From positions 373,659-437,658 of the forward strand of contig JAXGPP010000008.1 of the NCBI GenBank assembly GCA_040766885.1: a stretch of DNA of 64,000 nucleotides, read 5' to 3'. A model generated the notes under the pieces. It worked only from the letters and a program-made list of their open reading frames with translations. It was not told the DNA's origin and searched no databases. The stretch comes from Thermoguttaceae bacterium (GTDB taxonomy: Bacteria > Planctomycetota > Planctomycetia > Pirellulales > Thermoguttaceae). Below, in pieces: positions 6,312 through 12,007 of the stretch (position 1 is the stretch's first letter; each line of letters opens with the position of its first letter). Position numbers and translations under genes: made by a program.

Positions 6312-6908
6312 ATGGTCGCCAAGGTACTTGAGCAACCGACGCTGGTGCTGAACCGCAACTGGCAGCCGGTCCACGTGGCAACCGTGGAGCGTGCGCTCGT
6401 GCTGCTCTGGAACGACTCGGCCCGCGTGGTCGATCCGGCCGACTTTCAGCTCTACGACTGGGCCGACTGGTCGAAGCTGCAGCCTGGCCATGGCGAGGCG
6501 TTCGTCCAGGCGGTCCGGTTCAAGCTGCGCGTGCCGGAGGTCGTTGTCCTCAGCGGCTACGACCGCCTGCCGGTGGCCCGCGTGACGTTCAGCCGGCGCA
6601 ACATCTTCAAGCGCGACCACTACACCTGCCAATACTGTAGCGCCCGACCGGGCAGCGAGGAATTGACCGTGGACCACGTGGTGCCGCGGGCGCAGGGTGG
6701 TGTATCAAGCTGGGAGAACTGCGTGCTGGCCTGCACGGCCTGCAACAAGCGGAAGGCCGACCGCACGCCGGAGCAGGCGGGCATGAAACTTCGCAAGAAG
6801 CCGGTCCGCCCGGAGTGGAAGCCGCTTTACGCGGACCGCGAGGTGCGGATCGCCAGTTGGTCGAAGTTCATCAGCGAAGCCTACTGGAACGTGGCACTGC
6901 GCGAGTAG
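6312..6908 (+). CDS. HNH endonuclease embedded in the tRNA array
   Basis: Strong RBS GGAAAGGAG 6 nt before the ATG at 6312. The HNH motif reads DHYTCQYCSARPG ... LTVDHVVPRAQGG ... NCVLACTACNKRKADRT (His-Asn-His with CxxC/CxxC zinc ligands). Confidence 0.85.
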   Translation: MVAKVLEQPTLVLNRNWQPVHVATVERALVLLWNDSARVVDPADFQLYDWADWSKLQPGHGEAFVQAVRFKLRVPEVVVLSGYDRLPVARVTFSRRNIFKRDHYTCQYCSARPGSEELTVDHVVPRAQGGVSSWENCVLACTACNKRKADRTPEQAGMKLRKKPVRPEWKPLYADREVRIASWSKFISEAYWNVALRE

Positions 6909-6916
6909 TGCCGTTA

Positions 6917-6948
6917 CGCCCGGTCCCCGATCACTGATCGGGGACCAC
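6917..6948 (+). terminator. Perfect 11-bp GC-rich hairpin immediately after the HNH stop; no T-run (likely a terminator or RNA-processing hairpin)
   Basis: GGTCCCCGATC-actg-GATCGGGGACC. Confidence 0.45.
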
Positions 6949-6951
6949 TAC

Positions 6952-7021
6952 AGGAGTGTCCTCCTGGGAGAGGAAGCGGTCTCCAAAGCCGCCCGACAGG
7001 GTTCGAATCCTTGCACTCCTG
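6952..7021 (+). tRNA. tRNA-Trp(CCA)
   Basis: Acceptor AGGAGTG/CACTCCT. Anticodon stem GCGGT/GCCGC (one G-U) with loop CTCCAAA. T-arm CAGGG-TTCGAAT-CCTTG. Confidence 0.65.
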
Positions 7022-7047
7022 CTTTTGGAAGATGAGAACGAAGAACT

Positions 7048-7119
7048 GCCGGCGTGGCCGAACAGCGAGGCGGCGGTCCTGTAAACCGCACAATGCTGGT
7101 GCAATTCCAGCCGTCGGCT
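7048..7119 (+). tRNA. tRNA-Thr(TGT); T-loop TGCAATT
   Basis: Acceptor GCCGGCG/CGTCGGC (one G-U). Anticodon stem GCGGT/ACCGC with loop CCTGTAA. T-arm GCTGG-TGCAATT-CCAGC. Confidence 0.65.
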
Positions 7120-7187
7120 CTGAAAAGAGCTCTCAGCAGTCCTGATTTGAGCTGATCGCTGAGGGTTGGCGGCTCACGGGCCGCGAT

Positions 7188-7259
7188 GTCCCGATAGTGT
7201 AGCGGATCGCATCGGAGCCTCCGAAGCTCCAGGCCCTGGTTCGAATCCAGGTCGGGATA
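7188..7259 (+). tRNA. tRNA-Arg(CCG)
   Basis: Acceptor GTCCCGA/TCGGGAT. D region TAGTGTAGCGGATCGCAT. Anticodon stem GGAGC/GCTCC with loop CTCCGAA. T-arm CCTGG-TTCGAAT-CCAGG. Confidence 0.7.
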
Positions 7260-7301
7260 CTCAAGAGGGTGAGACATCGTTGTGCATCCACTCTACTGCT
7301 T

Positions 7302-7374
7302 GTCCTCGGAGTGTGCCGGATCAGCACGCGACCGTGCGAAGGTCGTAGACCAGGTTCGACTCCTGGCGAGGACG
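7302..7374 (+). tRNA. tRNA-Arg with an unusual GCG anticodon
   Basis: Acceptor GTCCTCG/CGAGGAC. Anticodon stem CGACC/GGTCG with loop GTGCGAA. T-arm CCAGG-TTCGACT-CCTGG. Confidence 0.6.
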
Positions 7375-7422
7375 TTTTCGAAGCGTGCGGCCACCGCGAA
7401 ACGGCGGCGGTCGCACGCGAAG

Positions 7423-7494
7423 GGCGCTGGAGCCAGACGGCAAGGCAACCGCCTGCAAAGCGGTTTTACGCGGGTTCGACTCCCGCCTGCGCCT
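7423..7494 (+). tRNA. tRNA-Cys(GCA)
   Basis: Acceptor GGCGCTG/CTGCGCC (one mismatch). Anticodon stem ACCGC/GCGGT with loop CTGCAAA. T-arm GCGGG-TTCGACT-CCCGC. Confidence 0.65.
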
Positions 7495-8075
7495 CTGAGG
7501 CGGTCCGACTGCCGGTTCAGACTACATCCGTTGAAAAGGTGAACCGGTCCGAACCAATTCTCGTCGGCCTTCCTCTAACAAAGATGTCCAACTGCCTGCC
7601 GGGACTACATTCACTGTAACTGAACCGTCTCGGCGAAAACTTCGTTGGGCGTTGTGAGAACACATCGGGCGACTGCCCGGTTGGAGTACATATCGGTTCA
7701 AATCCGGTCGCCCCGACTGAACACTTGCGCGAGCGGGGCGTGGCTCAACGGTAGAGCACCTCTGGCCACCACCTCGTCGCCTATTGAATACAGACCGACT
7801 GCCGGTTGGAGTACATGCCTGAAGAGCCGGGGGTTGTGGGTTCGAATCCCACCAGCGCCACTCACTCACTTGAGCGCTGTAGCTCAATGGTAGAGCACCG
7901 TAAAGTTCTCTGACCAACCCCTCGTCGGTCCTTTTGAGACAACAGGAGACACGACCCGACTGACCGAGTGGAGTACATCCACCATCACCAAGCCTGGGAG
8001 GCGGGAGCTTCCCAATACGGACGGATCTGCGGATTCGACCGTACGGCGCCTCTGCTCATCCCTCGTCGGGTCATG
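7495..8075 (+). ncRNA. Cluster of 4-5 repeated tRNA-like modules sharing a bipartite conserved motif; candidate Y-RNA (YrlA-like) genes directly upstream of the Ro60/Rsr gene
   Basis: The motif GACTGCCGGTTGGAGTACAT and its variants occur at 7507, 7591, 7671, 7797 and 7958. Each is preceded 25-37 nt upstream by CTCGTCGG-like boxes at 7561, 7640 (variant), 7772, 7921 and 8063. Units C (about 7734-7860) and D (about 7872-8050) carry canonical D-arms (GCTCAACGGTAGAGC and GCTCAATGGTAGAGC). Unit C has a T-arm GTGGG-TTCGAAT-CCCAC and an acceptor-like pairing GGCGTGG/CAGCGCC around a ~78-nt insert in place of the anticodon arm. Unit B (about 7675-7726) is an acceptor (TCGGGCG/CGCCCCG) plus T-arm (ATCGG-TTCAAAT-CCGGT) mini-structure. 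GGTCCGA occurs twice in unit A. Confidence 0.4.
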
Positions 8076-8091
8076 CTATGTGAAGGAGGTC

Positions 8092-9723
8092 ATGATGGCC
8101 AACAAGAACCTGTTCGCCAGCCTGAAGAGCCGTTTCGTCCGGGCCGATGCTCGGAATGAGGCAGGAGGCCGCGCGTACGCGCTGGAGCCGAAGCACGCCC
8201 TGGCGCAGCTTGCCGCCACGGGCTGCTTCAACGGCGCCTACTACGCCGGCGCCGACGAGCAATTGGCCACGCTGAAGACGCTCGTCGAGCAGGTGGCCGA
8301 CAATGCCTTCCTCGCGAAGCTGGCGGTTTACAGCCGCCAGCGGGCGATGATGAAGGACATGCCGGTGGCCTTGCTGGTCGTGCTGTCGAAGCGCGATCCG
8401 GCCTTGTTCCGCAAGGCGTTCAATCGCGTGGTGGACAACGGCCGTACCCTGCGCACGATGGTGCAATTCGTCCGCTCGGGCCAGTTCGGCCGCAAGAGCC
8501 TGTCGTACGCCCTGCAGCGGGCTGTCCAGCGGTGGCTGAACTCGGCTTCGGTCGAGAAGCTGCTGTCGGCCTCGATCGGCAACGATCCGAGCCTGCGGGA
8601 CGTGCTGCGGCTGGCGCGGCCGACCCCGGCCGACAACGCTCGGCGTGCCCTGTTCGGCTGGCTGACCGATAAGCCGGTTGAGAAGTGGGCGCCGGCCACC
8701 GAGGCCGACCTGCCGGAGGAGGTCCGTGCGCTAGAGGCGTTCCGCCAGGCGGAGACGGCCGAGGTGCAACTCCAGGCTCTCGGCAAGCTGCGCGCTCGCT
8801 GGGACCTCTTGGCCGATGCGGCCAAGGGTCCGGCGGTTTGGGCGGAGGTTGCCCGGAAGATGGGGCCGCAGGCGCTGCGGATGAACCTCAACACGCTGGT
8901 CCGCCAGGGCGTCATCGGCCCGGATGCCAAGGGAGAGATGGTCGACTATGTGGCGGCGCGGCTGGCCGATGCCGAGGAGATCCGCCGCTCGCGGCAGTTC
9001 CCGTACCAGTTCCTCGCTGCATACCTTAACGTCGGTGACGGCGTTCCGCAGAAGATCAAGTCCGCCCTGCACAAGGCGGCGGAGATCGCCTGCGGCAACG
9101 TGCCGGAATTGCCGGGTCCGATCGTGATCGGACTCGACGTATCGGGCTCGATGAGCATGCCGGTTACGGGTAACCGCGGCCGGGGCGCGACGAGCAAGAT
9201 GCGCTGCGTGGACGTAGCGGCCCTGTTCGCCGCTGCCATCCTGCGCCGCAATCCGGAGAGCGTGGTCATCCCGTTCGACACGTCGGCTTACGAGGCCAAG
9301 GTTGATCCGAGCGACTCGGTCCTCAGCCTGGCCGATCGGCTGGCCCGTTTCGGTGGTGGCGGCACGAACTGCTCGCTGCCGTTGGCCGCGGCCAATGGCT
9401 GGTACGCAAGCCGGAAGTTCGCCGGCTGTGTGCTGGTGAGCGACAACGAGAGCTGGGTCGGCACAGGCCGCGGCGGCTCAACGGCCGTCATGACCGAGTG
9501 GCAGGCGTTCGTCCGCAACCAGGTGCGGTTGCACGGCCGGGGTTTTTCAGGCCCGAAGCTGGTCTCGATCGACCTCCAGCCGTACACCACGACCCAGGCC
9601 CCGGAGCGCAGCGACATCCTGAACGTCGGCGGCTTCAGTGACGCCGTGTTCAGCGTCGTGGCTGCCTTCCTGGCCGGCGACGGCGGCCGGTTCGTCGCCG
9701 AGGTCGAAGCGGTCGAGCTGTAG
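8092..9723 (+). CDS. rsr: Ro60/Rsr orthologue: TROVE-domain ribonucleoprotein with a C-terminal von Willebrand A (MIDAS) domain
   Basis: Strong RBS AAGGAGG at 8083-8089; the ORF opens with a GTG at 8080 and in-frame ATGs at 8092 and 8095. The N-terminal ~350 aa has a Ro60-like pattern ([22 protein letters not shown] ... [33 protein letters not shown]). The C-terminus is vWA-like with [14 protein letters not shown] ... GGGT ... SDNESW. Confidence 0.7.
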   Translation: MMANKNLFASLKSRFVRADARNEAGGRAYALEPKHALAQLAATGCFNGAYYAGADEQLATLKTLVEQVADNAFLAKLAVYSRQRAMMKDMPVALLVVLSKRDPALFRKAFNRVVDNGRTLRTMVQFVRSGQFGRKSLSYALQRAVQRWLNSASVEKLLSASIGNDPSLRDVLRLARPTPADNARRALFGWLTDKPVEKWAPATEADLPEEVRALEAFRQAETAEVQLQALGKLRARWDLLADAAKGPAVWAEVARKMGPQALRMNLNTLVRQGVIGPDAKGEMVDYVAARLADAEEIRRSRQFPYQFLAAYLNVGDGVPQKIKSALHKAAEIACGNVPELPGPIVIGLDVSGSMSMPVTGNRGRGATSKMRCVDVAALFAAAILRRNPESVVIPFDTSAYEAKVDPSDSVLSLADRLARFGGGGTNCSLPLAAANGWYASRKFAGCVLVSDNESWVGTGRGGSTAVMTEWQAFVRNQVRLHGRGFSGPKLVSIDLQPYTTTQAPERSDILNVGGFSDAVFSVVAAFLAGDGGRFVAEVEAVEL

Positions 9724-9744
9724 ACCGGCAGAACCTGATGCAAG

Positions 9745-9778
9745 TCAGCCAGCGCCCATTCGGGGCGCTGGCTGACAC
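9745..9778. terminator. 14-bp perfect hairpin between the convergent rsr and glycoside hydrolase genes (bidirectional terminator-like)
   Basis: GTCAGCCAGCGCCC-attcg-GGGCGCTGGCTGAC. Confidence 0.5.
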
Positions 9779-9803
9779 ATCAGCCGCAGTAGAGAGACCA
9801 CGT

Positions 9804-11816
9804 TCACTCGACCGGCACGACTTCAAAAACCGCTGTCTCAAACGGCGCCAGTTCGACCCTCGCCGACTCTCCGGCTCGAACGGTCATCTCCGACCGCGGT
9901 GGACTGCCGCTCCACGGCCAGACCAGCCGGTACTCGCGCGCGGCGCCCTCGGGTAGCTCCAGCGCACCTCCGATGTCGAGCGAGAAATTTGCCGGCGACG
10001 CGGACGGGTTGCGTAGCATGAGCGTGCCCAGACGCGGCGACCAGGCCGCAAATCCGTAGACTTGCCCCTCCGCCGGATCGCCTCCGATCCAGTGCGCGTC
10101 CACGAGCACGTCGGCATTCTTCCGCAACCAGGCCGCCCCCTCGGCCAGCGAGTCCCACATCTCGGGCGTCAGCTTCTGCGGCGTGATGTATAGCTCCTGG
10201 AGCTGCGTGCCGGTGGCGAAGAACGAGCGGACTTCGTCGTTCCAGTCTTTCAGCTCGGTGCTCATCCGGGCGGCGGGGCCCAGTTGCGCGTGGACGATCC
10301 CCTGCGTCATCAGCGAGTTGACCGGATAGAGCGGCGCCCGCCGGACGATGCCCTTGTAGGTGTGCATGTCGCGGTAGGTGATCCACTGCTGCCGCATCGT
10401 GCCCGGTCCGAAGAAGTCCATATCGCTGCCGTTGCGCCACACCGAGTCGCCAAAGAACAGCCAGTAGGGCGACGGCCACGTACCGGTAGTGATGCTCAGA
10501 TAGAGATCGGGGCGCAGGCCGCGCAGCTCGCGGCAAAGTCGCAGCAGTGCGTCGACGTCGGCGGCAAATGACTCACCCGCACCGGTGGAAGAAAGCCCCT
10601 GGGCAATGCCGTCGAATTTGAAGTAGTTTACGCCGTAACGCTCGACCATCTCACGGCAAACCTCACGGAAACGGCCGTAGTATTTCGGGCCGGCCAGCGC
10701 AAATCCGCGGGCGTTGGTTTCGAATCCCTGCGTCTTGCCGTACTCCATCCGTTCGGCCTTCGCCCCACCGTACCCTCCCCACGGCGAGAGCCACACACCG
10801 ACGGCCGTCTGGTGCCGTGCGGCGGCTGCGGAGAGCGGCGAAAAACCGTGCGGGAAACCGTCATGGAACCGCCACAACGTGCGGTTGTCGTCCCAGCCGT
10901 CGTCGAAGACGGCCGAATCGAGCTTGCCTCCCCGTCGATCGACAAACTCGCGCCCGAAGGCCTCGATCACCTCGATGCACTGGGCTTCGTTCATCTTTCG
11001 ATCGCCCCAGGCGATGTCGTACCACGAGTTGTAGTGCAAGAACGGCGCGTAGGGCCGCGGCCGCTCGCGCTCCAGGTAGTAAAGAAACCCGCGGCGCAAC
11101 TGGCCCGGCGGTACAACTCCCACGACGGTGCTCCGTACACACTCTCGCGGCTCGTCGGCGTTGGGGTATGTGCCCACGCTGCAAACGATCCGCCCTTCGT
11201 CGACGCGATTGGAAGCCATTGGGTGCTCGCAAGCCAGGAATAAGTTGCCGCAGACCACCGGCGAGCCGTCCACTTCGCCCGCCACGCGGGCCTCGGTCGC
11301 CGGCAGATCAATAAGCAACAGGCGTTCGACTTTGGCCGCTTCCGGCGAAGGCAGCAGCGTGACTTCCTGGCGGATGTAGTTCGAATCGTCGCGAAGCACT
11401 GCCTTCCATCGCAACCGAACCGCGTCGCTGCCGAGACTCAGGTTCGCTATTGCGCTGAACCCGCCTGAGCGTTCCGCGGCCGAGACGGCATCGGCACGGG
11501 AAGCGATGCGTTCGATCCGCAGTCCGTCGACTACACGGGCGGCGGAGAGCTTCAACGTCGCACCGTCCGCCGGCCCGGAATCGTTCGCGCCCGCGCGAAG
11601 TACGCTTCCGGTGGCCAGGTCGGCCACTTCCATCAGCGTCAGCCGCCCGTCGGCCAGGCTCCAAGTGGCCGCGAGCAACTGGTTTCTCATCACGAGCCGT
11701 CCCTCCTTCAGCTCGGCGGTCGCGGCGCCGGGCCTCGCACCCGGCAGTTCCAGAGCGCCGGCGGCCGTGGCGCCAAAGATCGTGACTACGCTTACGCCAA
11801 TGAGCAGGCTTCGCAT
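9804..11816 (-). CDS. Secreted glycoside-hydrolase-like protein (TIM-barrel, GH27/GH36-like); family uncertain
   Basis: ORF of 670 aa. N-terminal signal peptide MRSLLIGVSVVTIFGATAAGA. Internal NYFKFDGI and WLSPWGGYG motifs are reminiscent of the melibiase-type catalytic region. Confidence 0.55.
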   Translation of the reverse strand: MRSLLIGVSVVTIFGATAAGALELPGARPGAATAELKEGRLVMRNQLLAATWSLADGRLTLMEVADLATGSVLRAGANDSGPADGATLKLSAARVVDGLRIERIASRADAVSAAERSGGFSAIANLSLGSDAVRLRWKAVLRDDSNYIRQEVTLLPSPEAAKVERLLLIDLPATEARVAGEVDGSPVVCGNLFLACEHPMASNRVDEGRIVCSVGTYPNADEPRECVRSTVVGVVPPGQLRRGFLYYLERERPRPYAPFLHYNSWYDIAWGDRKMNEAQCIEVIEAFGREFVDRRGGKLDSAVFDDGWDDNRTLWRFHDGFPHGFSPLSAAAARHQTAVGVWLSPWGGYGGAKAERMEYGKTQGFETNARGFALAGPKYYGRFREVCREMVERYGVNYFKFDGIAQGLSSTGAGESFAADVDALLRLCRELRGLRPDLYLSITTGTWPSPYWLFFGDSVWRNGSDMDFFGPGTMRQQWITYRDMHTYKGIVRRAPLYPVNSLMTQGIVHAQLGPAARMSTELKDWNDEVRSFFATGTQLQELYITPQKLTPEMWDSLAEGAAWLRKNADVLVDAHWIGGDPAEGQVYGFAAWSPRLGTLMLRNPSASPANFSLDIGGALELPEGAAREYRLVWPWSGSPPRSEMTVRAGESARVELAPFETAVFEVVPVE

Positions 11817-12007
11817 GGCTGTGCACCTCGCTTGCAGGACAGGCCTTCGCCCCGGTTCACGCCGGCAGTCGCCCGGCGCGTCCTATCCTGGCAGGCGGTC
11901 GAGCACAATTCAAGCGGGCACGACCGAACGAATTGCCGCCACCGGTGCGGTGTGTTACCGTGGTGACGCGCGTTATCGCCGAATTCTGACCGAGAGGAGC
12001 CCTCGCC

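Noticed and set aside
7730-7860. A possible tmRNA (ssrA), because of the tRNA-like 5' start, the GUAGUAC-like box and a T-arm-CCAGCGCC-A ending that resembles the tmRNA 3' end.
   Set aside because: It is only ~125 nt, against ~350 nt for tmRNA. There is no tag-peptide reading frame or pseudoknots. The same module recurs 4-5 times.
8328-9743. Antisense and alternate-frame ORFs inside rsr (8328-8930, 8685-9029, 9288-9743).
   Set aside because: They are wholly contained within a strongly supported coding frame (TROVE/vWA motifs) and have low-complexity translations.
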